A program made the position numbers and the translations under genes. The notes beneath the pieces were generated by a model. The model was not told the origin of the DNA. It made no database searches and saw only the letters and a list, made by a program, of their open reading frames with translations. From an uncultured Planctomycetales bacterium (GTDB taxonomy: Bacteria; Omnitrophota; Gorgyraeia; Aquiviventales; CAZWYX01), in contig CAZWYX010000003.1 of the NCBI GenBank assembly GCA_964638485.1, forward strand, positions 1 to 37,523: a stretch of DNA of 37,523 bases. The letters run 5' to 3'. Of this stretch, positions 1-8,470 are shown one piece after another (positions within the stretch are counted from its first letter, which is position 1; each line of letters begins with the position of its first letter).

Positions 1-245
1 TTCATCGGCGCATCCGGATCATCCGAGATCAGCGCAAAACTCTTCGTCCCCGATGGCGAGTCGGTCCATTGCAATGACGGTGAAATATCCCTGTCATCAC
101 ACGTGTAGACGCTCGGAATCGGTTTTCCCTGTTCAAACGCCGTGCTCGTGATTCGCAGACTCATCGTCGCACCTCCCAGGAAGACAACCGCTATGAGACT
201 CGTTCGCAACAACCCCTTCATCGGTGGTGAGGTATGATAGCGCAT
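1..245 (-). CDS. PEBP / YbhB-YbcL family protein, N-terminal part only (runs off the window start)
   Basis: Absent from the ORF track because it is edge-truncated. My translation from ATG 245: MRYHTSPPMKGLLRTSLIAVVFLGGATMSLRITSTAFEQGKPIPSVYTCDDRDISPSLQWTDSPSGTKSFALISDDPDAPM. It has a signal-like N-terminus and the DDPDAP hallmark of bacterial PEBP proteins. GGTGG lies 5 nt upstream of ATG 245. ATG 221 is an alternative start. Confidence 0.75.
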   Translation of the reverse strand, partial: MRYHTSPPMKGLLRTSLIAVVFLGGATMSLRITSTAFEQGKPIPSVYTCDDRDISPSLQWTDSPSGTKSFALISDDPDAPM

Positions 246-269
246 GGTGGCCACCACGTCACCTGCCCG

Positions 270-1472
270 TTAGTTGCTCGCCAGGAGGGAGCGCGATTCG
301 CGTGGCGGCACTGGCAGAGGCGGCACGGTTGGCCCCGGCGTTTCCCCCTCTGACCGGCTGAGCGGTGTTTGACGTCGAGGAGCTGGTGGCGGCTGCTCCT
401 GCAGGATAATCCTCACCATCCGTTCCCTGCGCAGCCCATCAATGAGTAGCTCACCAGTGAGCGGCTCACGATAGATCGCTGGCAACTGCTCGTAGGCCAT
501 CTCCAAGATGACTGCTGCCGCGTCATATGGATGAGTGGTGCTCCTTGCCTGTCTGATCATGGCTGCCACATCTGGGGTACGCTCGAGATGTTGTCTGAGA
601 TGCGCTACCAGGGCCTCTGTTTTCTCATGGAGCTCCTTCCCCCCACGCTCCAGGTCTGCGACGATTTGCCGGCGTGCATAAGCATCCCACTGCTCTAGCC
701 ACTGCTGGAAGACTTTCAGCGGAACTGGTTCGATCGGTCGCGGAAGCTCTTCTCCTTCGCTCGGTGGCGGCAACTTCTCCGCATCGCGCAGGCCGCGGGA
801 GGGTACCGTCCCACCGAGGAGCGAGTCCACGCCGGGATTGACGCGAGGCGATGCCGCATCTTCTTCTGCCATCCCTCGGCTCAACGGATCCCTCGCTCCA
901 CGACTGCCGGATGCGCGTCGGTGACGTTTCCCTACACCTTTGGTGGGCTGTGTGGCTGACGTGAGCAGCGAGGTCCTCACGCGAGCAATGCTCTCTAAGC
1001 GGACACGAAGGTCGCGGGGACTGCGTGCAGCTTCCACCTCGTTTCGAAACTGCGTGATCGCCAGCTTCCCTTCGACCACCGCTTGAGCAATCACATGCCA
1101 CACCGTCCGAGGGTTGGAGCGGAGATTGGGATTGGCTTCGATGGCTGTTGCGAGGTCCTCGAGAGCATTGCGCTCAGTACCGCGTTCCTGTAGCGCTGCC
1201 TCGATGCGAGTTTTGCTTTCTTGAATGGTCAACAGGCCGTTGAGGAGGATGGCCCCCAGTTCACGGAAACGGTCTGTTGAGTGGCGGACCGGTCGTCGGC
1301 GGATGGCGTGCTCAGCGCTCCAGATCAGTCCTTCGGCCTTGCCCACGGCGAGTGGCACGGGACACGCGGAGCAGGCGAGGGCGGCCGCGAGGGCGCACGT
1401 CAAGACGCGGCATGCCCGTGAACAGCCAATCGTGCACAGCGAATAGGAGTGGTGACGTTGTGGGCGGTGCAC
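270..1472 (-). CDS. hypothetical protein (400 aa), no family recognised
   Basis: Longest ORF in the region. GTG start at 1472 with GGAGA 8 nt upstream. Cys-rich hydrophobic N-terminus (LTCALAAALACSAC) suggests a signal or lipoprotein-like leader. The body is Arg/Glu-rich and helical, and the tail is Pro-rich. Confidence 0.5.
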   Translation of the reverse strand: MHRPQRHHSYSLCTIGCSRACRVLTCALAAALACSACPVPLAVGKAEGLIWSAEHAIRRRPVRHSTDRFRELGAILLNGLLTIQESKTRIEAALQERGTERNALEDLATAIEANPNLRSNPRTVWHVIAQAVVEGKLAITQFRNEVEAARSPRDLRVRLESIARVRTSLLTSATQPTKGVGKRHRRASGSRGARDPLSRGMAEEDAASPRVNPGVDSLLGGTVPSRGLRDAEKLPPPSEGEELPRPIEPVPLKVFQQWLEQWDAYARRQIVADLERGGKELHEKTEALVAHLRQHLERTPDVAAMIRQARSTTHPYDAAAVILEMAYEQLPAIYREPLTGELLIDGLRRERMVRIILQEQPPPAPRRQTPLSRSEGETPGPTVPPLPVPPRESRSLLASN

Positions 1473-1572
1473 AGGAGATGTCTCCGTCCGAAAGATGAGT
1501 GCTGCTGTCTACTTCTCGTGCACCGCCTTGTATCATATCAAAGACGGAGGGATCAGGCAAAGGAAAGCGGCG

Positions 1573-1619
1573 TATATTGAAAATTTATTAATATAATATT
1601 TGAAAATTATACATTATTT
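1573..1619. repeat. AT-only island containing two imperfect 15-nt direct repeats spaced 22 nt
   Basis: tatattgaaaatttattaatataatatttgaaaattatacattattt has only three G/C bases in a GC-rich window. The repeats are ATATTGAAAATTTAT (1574-1588) and ATATTTGAAAATTAT (1596-1610). It lies between the stop of the 1614-2021 gene and the start of the 270-1472 gene. Confidence 0.7.
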
Positions 1620-2021
1620 CTGCCTAGGGCGTTTGGGAACCGTCCAGTAGCCCGCGGCAAAGACGCTCGGGGGTTGGATGAGGGAGTCGTAATTGGGCGG
1701 GGCTTCGAAGGGAAACGTCACGATGTCATAGAGGCCTGAGGCGAGGCGCAAGAGTGTGCGAGCGGTGCCGGTGACAAGGCCCTTGACCAACCCCTCGGGG
1801 AAGGCCGTAAACGGATACTGGCCTGCCTGCACCCCGCGCTGGGTGTGGATGGAGACGTCGTGTACGATTTCTAACGGCGCCGTGGCGACATTGGCCATCC
1901 CCCGCCCGAATTTCTTGACTGCACTCCCTCGCGGTGGGGGCGGTTGCTCTCGGGCTGCAGCGAGGCTGACAGTGCCGCTCAAGACGAGCACTGCCGCCAC
2001 CAGTGTTAGAGACGTTCTCAT
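1614..2021 (-). CDS. secreted small protein resembling the exosortase system-associated TIGR04073 family (135 aa)
   Basis: The track ORF 1614-2429 is trimmed to the in-frame ATG at 2021 (MRTSLTLVAAVLVLSGTVSLAAA signal peptide). KKFGRGMANVATAPLEIV and GLYDIVTFPFEAPPNYDSLIQPP match my memory of TIGR04073. Its ATG overlaps the upstream TGA as ATGA. Confidence 0.6.
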   Translation of the reverse strand: MRTSLTLVAAVLVLSGTVSLAAAREQPPPPRGSAVKKFGRGMANVATAPLEIVHDVSIHTQRGVQAGQYPFTAFPEGLVKGLVTGTARTLLRLASGLYDIVTFPFEAPPNYDSLIQPPSVFAAGYWTVPKRPRQK

Positions 2022-3877
2022 GTCACGATCCCCTCCTCTAACCACTGCAGGCGCCCTGCCAACACCGCCTGCGCGGTACGATACTCCCTCCGATCCTCGT
2101 TGTGACTCAGCGTCTGAAAGAGCGTTGTGATGCGGCGTCGGCTCTGCCGGCAGAACAAATCCGCCAGCTGCACCGGCGTGGGATCTTCTGGCTGTGCGGC
2201 TTGTAGCATCTGCGCGCGTGAGCAACTCGCGATCATCGCCAAGAGTTCCGTCCCGATATCTACGAGCCGCATCAAGATCATCTGGCGTCGCTCCAGGCGC
2301 ACCTGGTAGCGGAGCATGTTGTGAAATGTGGCCCGTGCCAACCGGTTGGCTGACCGCTCCATAAATCGCGCGTGCGAAGCCAGCGGTCCTAGCGACGCAT
2401 ACTGTGGCCACATCCCCGCTGGTAACCACTGCTGCGGATACCAGCGCGCATACCAGAGGCCAGCACGGAGGGCCGCTTTGATTTTGAGGCCGACTGCCAG
2501 TTTAGGTTTGAGGAGATCGCCGGCGACGTGCATGTGGGCATCGAGCGCCTCGCGCGCGATGAAGAGGCGCATGATTTCGCTCGTGCCTTCGATGATGAGG
2601 TTGATGCGAGCATCGCGCATCATCCGTTCAACGGGGAGCGGTGGTTCTCCGCGCGCCTTCAAAGAATCCGCAGTTTCATAGCCGCGCCCGCCGCGAATTT
2701 GCATCGTGTCATCTACGATCCGCCAACAGCGCTCCGAGCAGAAGACCTTGGCCATCGCCGCTTCCAAGCGAATGTCCACGTCGCCGCGATCCACCAGCGC
2801 GGAAGCCAGCCACGTCACCGACTCCATCGCAAAAATGTCGGCCGCGATCCCTGCGAGCTTGGCTGCGATGGCGTCGTGTTTGCCGATGGGAGCGCCCCAC
2901 TGGTTGCGCTCGTTGGCCCACCGTCGCGCAATCGCCAGACACTGCTTGGCCACACCAGTGCACGCTGCCGGCAGCGTCATCCGGCCCGTGTTCAACGTCA
3001 TCAGGGCGAGTTTGAGTCCTCGTCCCGGTGCCCAGAGGATGTTGGCTTTGGGGACTGTGACGTTGGTAAAGCGCAGCAAGCCGTTTTGAATACCCTTGAG
3101 CCCCATGAAGTCGCAGCGATGCACGACCTCGACCCCTGGCATCGTTTTCTCGACGATAAACGCGGTGATTTGCTTCCGTTCTTTGCCGCCGATCACCCGG
3201 GAGGGGGTCCGCGCCATGACGATGATGACATCGGCGACCGGGCCGTTCGTGCACCAGAGTTTGTCACCATTGAGGAGATAGGCCTCGCCGTTGGACGTGG
3301 GCGTGGCGGTGGTGGACATCTTCGCTGGATCCGAGCCAACATCGGGCTCGGTGAGGGCAAAGGCGGAGATCGCGCCAGTCGCCAAGCGCGGTAGAAATTT
3401 TCGCTTCTGCTCCTCGGTCCCAAACATCTTCAGCGGTTGCGGCACCCCGATACTCTGATGGGCGGACAACCACACCGCGGTCGAGCCACAGTAGCTGGCG
3501 ATCAGGGCGATCGTGCGGTTGTAGTTGACTTGGGATAGCCCCAAGCCACCGTACTCCTTCGGAATTTTCATCCCGAAGCAGCCGAGTTTGACGAGGCCTT
3601 GAATGACCGCAGGCGGCATCTCACCCGTGCGGTCAATCGCATCAGGGTCCACCTGGGCTCTGAGGAAGGCTTCCACGCGCGCGAGGTACTCGTCGCCCAC
3701 GCGTTTGTCCTCGGGTGATTGTTGGGGGTAGGGGAACACCAGATCGTGCCGGACGCGCCCGAGGAACAGATCAGCAACAAAACTGGGATAGTGCCACTCG
3801 GTCTCGCGCGCGGCCTCGGCAACTTCGAGGGCCTCGCGCTGTCCTTGTGCGAAATGCGCTGAAGCGATGTCAGCCAT
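2018..3877 (-). CDS. acyl-CoA dehydrogenase family protein, long VLCAD/ACAD9-like form (619 aa)
   Basis: ACAD N-terminal, middle and C-terminal domain pattern (GMKIPKEYGGLGLS, TEPDVGSDPA, IRGGRGYE) followed by a roughly 180-aa C-terminal extension. Confidence 0.85.
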   Translation of the reverse strand: MADIASAHFAQGQREALEVAEAARETEWHYPSFVADLFLGRVRHDLVFPYPQQSPEDKRVGDEYLARVEAFLRAQVDPDAIDRTGEMPPAVIQGLVKLGCFGMKIPKEYGGLGLSQVNYNRTIALIASYCGSTAVWLSAHQSIGVPQPLKMFGTEEQKRKFLPRLATGAISAFALTEPDVGSDPAKMSTTATPTSNGEAYLLNGDKLWCTNGPVADVIIVMARTPSRVIGGKERKQITAFIVEKTMPGVEVVHRCDFMGLKGIQNGLLRFTNVTVPKANILWAPGRGLKLALMTLNTGRMTLPAACTGVAKQCLAIARRWANERNQWGAPIGKHDAIAAKLAGIAADIFAMESVTWLASALVDRGDVDIRLEAAMAKVFCSERCWRIVDDTMQIRGGRGYETADSLKARGEPPLPVERMMRDARINLIIEGTSEIMRLFIAREALDAHMHVAGDLLKPKLAVGLKIKAALRAGLWYARWYPQQWLPAGMWPQYASLGPLASHARFMERSANRLARATFHNMLRYQVRLERRQMILMRLVDIGTELLAMIASCSRAQMLQAAQPEDPTPVQLADLFCRQSRRRITTLFQTLSHNEDRREYRTAQAVLAGRLQWLEEGIVT

Positions 3878-3892
3878 CGTTGGAGTATTGTA

Positions 3893-4108
3893 TCACACTG
3901 GCCGTAGGCGAATGAAGCGGTATGTCGCCGCTAACGTGAGGGACGCCACCATCGCTACTACGAGCGCTGCACGTCCCCACCGCCCCACATGGCACATGGG
4001 CGGGAGGAGTGGTGCCAATCGTCGCGTTGAGAGGACCAACAGCGCTGCAGTAAAAAGGACCGTCCCGACAAATCCGATGACGGCCGACAACAAGATGAGC
4101 GAGGTCAT
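3893..4108 (-). CDS. small membrane protein with two predicted TM helices (71 aa)
   Basis: Hydrophobic sequence MTSLILLSAVIGFVGTVLFTAALLVL...AALVVAMVASLTLAA. It sits 9 nt after the aconitase stop and 15 nt before the ACAD start. Confidence 0.5.
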   Translation of the reverse strand: MTSLILLSAVIGFVGTVLFTAALLVLSTRRLAPLLPPMCHVGRWGRAALVVAMVASLTLAATYRFIRLRPV

Positions 4109-4117
4109 CTGCTCAGG

Positions 4118-6382
4118 TTATCGCCCTTGCATGCGCAAGAGGTTGAGCGCCGAACCTGCCTTGAACCACGCGATCTGTTCGCTCGTCATGGAGTGCTGGA
4201 GCGGCATCGTCTCGTCAGCCCCATCCGCATGATGCAGGATCATGCGCACCGGGCGCTCCGGCGCGAGGGCGGGTAAATCGAGGAGGCTGACGCGGTCGCT
4301 CGTTTGCACGTGGTCGTAGAGGGACGGCTCGGTAAAGGTGAGCGGCACGATCCCCTGTTTTTTCAAATTCGTCTCATGGATGCGGGCAAAACTTTTCGCG
4401 ATCACGGCCTTGCAGCCGAGGTAGCGCGGTGACATCGCGGCGTGTTCGCGGCTGGAGCCTTCGCCATAATTCTCATCGCCCACCACCACCCAGGCAATCC
4501 CTTCGTTGTAGTAGCGTCGTGCAAGTTTCGGCAGCGCTTGCGTCGTCCCATCGAGTTGGTCCACGCCAGTACCCGCCTCGCTGGTAAACGCATTGACCGC
4601 ACCGGCAAAGAGGTTGTCGCTAATTTTGTCCAGATGACCGCGGTACTTCAGCCACGGCCCGGCGGGCGAGATATGATCTGTCGTACATTTGCCTTTCGCC
4701 TTGAGAAGGATGGGCATGCGCTCGAGGTTTTGTCCGCCCCACGCGGGGAACGGTTGGAGTTGCTGCAAGCGTTCACTGTTGGGGGGGACTCGCACGTGCA
4801 GTCGTTGGCGCTCTGTGTCCGGCAATGGGGGAAGATACCCTGCCTCACCGATGGCGAACCCCAGTGACGGCAACTCTGGTGCCACCGGAGGCTCTAACGT
4901 GATGCGTCGGCCGTCGGGAGTCATCAGGGGATCGGTGAGCGGATTGAAGCGCAAATCGCCTGCCAACGCAAACGCGGTGATAATTTCTGGACTCCCGATG
5001 AAGGCGAGGGTCTCAGCGTTGCCGTCGTTGCGACGAGGGAAATTCCGATTAAACGAGGTGATGATCGAATTGCGCTCGCCAGGCTTGATGTCATCGCGCT
5101 TCCACTGACCGATGCACGGTCCACAGGCATTCGCCAACACCGTGCCACCGATCGCCTCAAGCAGGGCGAGTTGCCCATCGCGTCGAATGGTGTTGTGAAT
5201 CTGATCCGAGCCAGGCGTAATTAAAAAGTAACAGTGCGTTTTGAGTCCTGCCTGTTGGGCTTGGCGAGCGACAGCGGCTGCGCGTCCGATGTCTTCGTAG
5301 GAGGAATTGGTGCAGCTACCGAGGAGCGCTGCGCGGAGTTGCGCAGGGTATTTGTTCTGCTCCACATCGCGTTTCAACTGGGACACCGGCCGCGCCACAT
5401 CTGGCGAGTGTGGGCCCACGACGTAGGGTTCCAGCGTCGAGAGATTGATTTCGATCACCTCGTCGTAAAAACGCTTCGGATCGGCGAGCACTTCTGGATC
5501 CGGCACGAGCCAGTCGCGATACGGCTCGGTGAGATCAGCAATGGCTGCGCGTCGTGTGGCGCGCAGGTAGGTAGTCATCCGCTCATCAAAGGGAAAGATC
5601 GAGGTGGTCGCGCCTAGCTCAGCGCCCATGTTGGTGATCGTGCCCTTCCCTGTCGCGCTGATGGACTGCGTGCCTGGGCCGATGTACTCGAGGATTTTGT
5701 CGGTACCACCTTGTGTCGTTAACAGCTCGCACACTTTCAGGATCACGTCTTTCGGCGCGGTCCAGCCGTTGAGCGAACCGGTGAGATACACCGCAATGAG
5801 TTTCGGACACTTGATTTCCCATGGAAGTCCCGCCATCACGTCCGCGGCATCCGCACCACCGACGCCAATCGCGAGCATCCCGAGGCCGCCAGCGTTCGGT
5901 GTGTGCGAGTCGGTGCCGATGAGGAGACCGCCAGGAAACGCGTACTGTTCCAAGACGACTTGATGGATGATCCCTGCGCCAGGCTCCCAGAAGCCCATGC
6001 CATATTTTTGCGCGGCACTGCGGAGAAAGTCGTAGACTTCGCGGTTCTGCTCCAGTGCGCGTTGAGTGTCTTCGGCCGCCCCGACGCGGGCTTGGATGAG
6101 GTGATCGCAGTGCACCGTCGTCGGCACGGCGACCGTTGTGCGCTCGGCCAGCATAAACTGCAAGATGGCCATCTGGGCGGTGGCATCCTGCATCGCGACG
6201 CGATCAGGCATGAGCGAGAGATAACTCGCCCACCGCGTGAATTCCTGACGTTTGAGGTCGGTCGCGTGCGTGGCAAAGATTTTTTCAGACAGCGTCAGCG
6301 GCCGTCCCAGCTTTTTCCGCAGCGCAGCACAGCATGCTGACGCCGATTGATACAGTTGCTGGAGGGGTGCTTTCTCTTGCAT
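4118..6382 (-). CDS. acn: aconitate hydratase, about 750-aa 'mitochondrial-type' form
   Basis: Aconitase motifs are present: IGTDSHT, GSCTNSS, ANACGPCIGQW, and a swivel domain with GDENYGEGSSREHAA. Confidence 0.9.
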   Translation of the reverse strand: MQEKAPLQQLYQSASACCAALRKKLGRPLTLSEKIFATHATDLKRQEFTRWASYLSLMPDRVAMQDATAQMAILQFMLAERTTVAVPTTVHCDHLIQARVGAAEDTQRALEQNREVYDFLRSAAQKYGMGFWEPGAGIIHQVVLEQYAFPGGLLIGTDSHTPNAGGLGMLAIGVGGADAADVMAGLPWEIKCPKLIAVYLTGSLNGWTAPKDVILKVCELLTTQGGTDKILEYIGPGTQSISATGKGTITNMGAELGATTSIFPFDERMTTYLRATRRAAIADLTEPYRDWLVPDPEVLADPKRFYDEVIEINLSTLEPYVVGPHSPDVARPVSQLKRDVEQNKYPAQLRAALLGSCTNSSYEDIGRAAAVARQAQQAGLKTHCYFLITPGSDQIHNTIRRDGQLALLEAIGGTVLANACGPCIGQWKRDDIKPGERNSIITSFNRNFPRRNDGNAETLAFIGSPEIITAFALAGDLRFNPLTDPLMTPDGRRITLEPPVAPELPSLGFAIGEAGYLPPLPDTERQRLHVRVPPNSERLQQLQPFPAWGGQNLERMPILLKAKGKCTTDHISPAGPWLKYRGHLDKISDNLFAGAVNAFTSEAGTGVDQLDGTTQALPKLARRYYNEGIAWVVVGDENYGEGSSREHAAMSPRYLGCKAVIAKSFARIHETNLKKQGIVPLTFTEPSLYDHVQTSDRVSLLDLPALAPERPVRMILHHADGADETMPLQHSMTSEQIAWFKAGSALNLLRMQGR

Positions 6383-6454
6383 GATACGAATCTCTATCGG
6401 TCTGTTCCCTGCGTACGGCTCACGGCTGATTGTTGACTGTGCTTCATCATATCA

Positions 6455-7030
6455 TCACTCGCGCCACGGAGCAATGGAGGCGCCTTGCGCGCGCAATGCC
6501 TCTAACGCGCGCGCCGCATCACCAGGCGTCAGGTCCACGCCGCGCACCGCGTCCGCGATCAGATGCACCTGGAAGCCGTGTGTGAGTGCGTCGAGGGCCG
6601 TGCACTTGACACAGTAGTCCGTCGCCAAGCCACCGATGTAGAGCTCCTGAATGCCGAGTAGGTGCAAATGCTCGGCCAGTTTCGTCCCCTTGGAATCGGT
6701 GCCCTCAAACGCGGAGTAGCTCTCCTCATCAGGCCGCGCACCTTTCGAGATGATGACCGTCTCAGGGGGGAACTGCAACTGCGGATGAAAAGCTGCGCCA
6801 GCCGTACCCTGCACGCAGTGGACAGGCCACTGGCCGCCGAACGTCTTGAAATGTTTGGTGGTCGGGGGATGCCAATCGCGCGAGGCGATGATGGGCCAGC
6901 CGCGTTGGTGGGCAGCCGCGATGGCGCGGTTGAGGACCGGCACCACTGCATCCCCGCACGGCACTGGCAGTGAGCCGCCAGGACAGAAGTCATTCTGCAC
7001 ATCTACAATCAGGAGCGCTGTCTTTCCCAT
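6455..7030 (-). CDS. pncA: nicotinamidase/pyrazinamidase (isochorismatase family)
   Basis: ALLIVDVQNDFCPGGSLPV and the catalytic Cys context GLATDYCV. The track starts at TTG 7039. I prefer ATG 7030 (MGKTALL). Confidence 0.85.
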   Translation of the reverse strand: MGKTALLIVDVQNDFCPGGSLPVPCGDAVVPVLNRAIAAAHQRGWPIIASRDWHPPTTKHFKTFGGQWPVHCVQGTAGAAFHPQLQFPPETVIISKGARPDEESYSAFEGTDSKGTKLAEHLHLLGIQELYIGGLATDYCVKCTALDALTHGFQVHLIADAVRGVDLTPGDAARALEALRAQGASIAPWRE

Positions 7031-7040
7031 CACTATCAAG

Positions 7041-7046
7041 TATAAT
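7041..7046 (+). promoter_or_regulatory. -10-like TATAAT in the pncA / HTTM-partner divergent spacer
   Basis: Perfect TATAAT at 7041-7046, overlapping TATACT on the other strand (7044-7039). No good -35 was seen. If it is used, ATG 7045 is excluded as a start codon and GTG 7075 is favoured. Confidence 0.3.
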
Positions 7047-7074
7047 GTATCTGGTACTATTTGTGGAGGACCTT

Positions 7075-7527
7075 GTGTCGCCTGGACGCAAGCGCGCCAT
7101 GAGTCTGTTCGTCATCGCGTGGTTGCTCGTGTTCCACTACGAGACGGTGCGCTACCACTACCTCTCGCCACTCTTCCACCGCGAGCTCCCTAAGTTGCCG
7201 CTCCTGTTTCCTCCGGCGGGCTGGATTATGTTCTTCCGCGTGGACGAGACCGAAGGCCGCGCGGAAGTGTACGGCCTGCAGCGCGGGCAGCCTGTACTCA
7301 TTGATCCCCACAATATTTTTACCACCCGCTTTGTGGGCTATGACAACATCCGCCGCAACGTCCTCGTCAGTGTCCTCTATCGCGAACAGGCCCGCGACTT
7401 CTGTCGCTTCCTGTGGCGGAAGTTTCCGGAGTACGAGGGATTTCTGGTGACGTACCTCGAGTATCCCTCGGTGATCGAACACCCCCACCAACCACGTCGC
7501 GCGCTGGCGTACCGATGCGAACCCTAA
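7075..7527 (+). CDS. conserved-looking partner protein of the HTTM gene (150 aa, one N-terminal TM helix)
   Basis: GTG 7075 is preceded by GGAGGA (7065-7070). ATG 7045 and ATG 7099 are alternative starts. N-terminal TM helix MSLFVIAWLLVF. It overlaps the next gene by 13 nt. No family is confidently recognised and any SdpA-like relationship is only a guess. Confidence 0.5.
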   Translation: MSPGRKRAMSLFVIAWLLVFHYETVRYHYLSPLFHRELPKLPLLFPPAGWIMFFRVDETEGRAEVYGLQRGQPVLIDPHNIFTTRFVGYDNIRRNVLVSVLYREQARDFCRFLWRKFPEYEGFLVTYLEYPSVIEHPHQPRRALAYRCEP

Positions 7528-8408
7528 CGGCGCTCTGGGAGCGGGCCTTCCTCGTTGAGCGACCCTCGGTGAGTCTCGCCCTCTTCCGGTGGTTCGTGGC
7601 GCTCACCGTCGGTTGCCACATGATTCCCTCTTTGCTTCCCCTCGCTGACAACTACCTCTCGACCGCCTTCAAAACGCAGAATCCCTCCTTCTTTCCGCCA
7701 CCGCTCCTCGCATGGGTTGCGCACAGTCCCGATGCGCTGGTCTACGTGATGGTGGGATGTTTCCTGCTGACGTGGCTGAGTTTTACCGTCGGGTGCTACG
7801 CGCAAATGAGTTGCATCCTGATGACACTGGCCTGCTACTATTTCTATGCCCTCAACGACCTCCACATCGGCACACTCTCCTTCGACATCTTGCTGGTGAC
7901 GCTCGTCCTCATGTGCCTCACGCCGTATCACGGTGATGCGTTCTCGCTGGACGCGCTCCGACGAGATCAACGCCTGCTGGTGATTCGCCCACGGCCGTTG
8001 TTTCTGCAGCGCCTGCTGCAGCTCCAGATGGCGAGTACCTACTTTTTTACCGGCCTCAACAAAATCATTGGGGGCGGCAACTGGCTGACCGACAATCCCA
8101 TCTACTATTTGGTGCATTCGCCGGAAGGCAGCGTGGTCAAAGAGTTCTGGGGTCGCGAGTGGCTAGCGACACAACCCCAGCTCTGCTATGTCATCGGCCT
8201 CACGGTCATCATCTCTGAACTGGCACTGCCCGTGCTCTGGTTCATCCGCCGGACTCGCCTGGCCGCCATCCTCATCGGTTGGTGCTTCCACGTCCTGCTC
8301 CTCGTCACGCTCCACGTCCCCACCATCTTTTTCTTCTTGTTTCCCGCGCAGATCGCCCTGTTCTGGCCGCCAGAACAGGTCGTGACGTGGCTGACGCGGC
8401 GGCGTTGA
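7515..8408 (+). CDS. HTTM domain (vitamin K-dependent gamma-carboxylase-like) polytopic membrane protein
   Basis: Trimmed to ATG 7515 (MRTLTALWERAFLVERPSVSLALFRWFVAL). The N-terminal 'SLA.FR' motif and the multi-TM layout are typical of HTTM/SdpB-like proteins. Confidence 0.6.
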   Translation: MRTLTALWERAFLVERPSVSLALFRWFVALTVGCHMIPSLLPLADNYLSTAFKTQNPSFFPPPLLAWVAHSPDALVYVMVGCFLLTWLSFTVGCYAQMSCILMTLACYYFYALNDLHIGTLSFDILLVTLVLMCLTPYHGDAFSLDALRRDQRLLVIRPRPLFLQRLLQLQMASTYFFTGLNKIIGGGNWLTDNPIYYLVHSPEGSVVKEFWGREWLATQPQLCYVIGLTVIISELALPVLWFIRRTRLAAILIGWCFHVLLLVTLHVPTIFFFLFPAQIALFWPPEQVVTWLTRRR

Positions 8409-8433
8409 CATGTCGTAAGCATTTGGATAGAAT
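8405..8433 (+). promoter_or_regulatory. sigma70-type promoter for the oxidase cluster
   Basis: TTGACA (8405-8410), a 17-nt spacer, then TAGAAT (8428-8433). It sits in the only sizeable spacer upstream of the 8471-16043 gene string. Confidence 0.55.
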
Positions 8434-8470
8434 ATGTTGCAGTTACGGAGTCAGCTTTTCTCTTAAACGG

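Noticed and set aside
2022-2429. N-terminal 136 codons of track ORF 1614-2429
   Set aside because: This part overlaps the ACAD C-terminus out of frame. An internal ATG at 2021 gives a clean signal peptide and an ATGA junction with the ACAD stop.
2528-3394. 288-aa plus-strand ORF, with many similar long ORFs such as 7524-8117(-), 9947-10672(-), 11305-11940(-), 12178-12912(-), 22654-23340(+), 24445-25416(+), 29253-30065(+), 30321-31049(+), 31687-32685(+) and 36728-37315(+)
   Set aside because: Each lies antisense to or out of frame within a gene that has clear family motifs. Their Arg/Pro/Gly-rich, low-complexity translations are typical of shadow ORFs in GC-rich DNA.
8279-8470. Upstream extensions of track ORFs: 8279 for the cytochrome c, and likewise 11284 for ctaD, 12906 for ctaA-ctaB, 14624 for SCO, 23355 for plsX, 31508 for secDF, 33060 for spoIID and 33266 for DUF2905
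   Set aside because: The extensions overlap the preceding gene and translate into non-homologous Arg/Pro-rich sequence. The internal starts give canonical N-termini and 1-4 nt junction overlaps.
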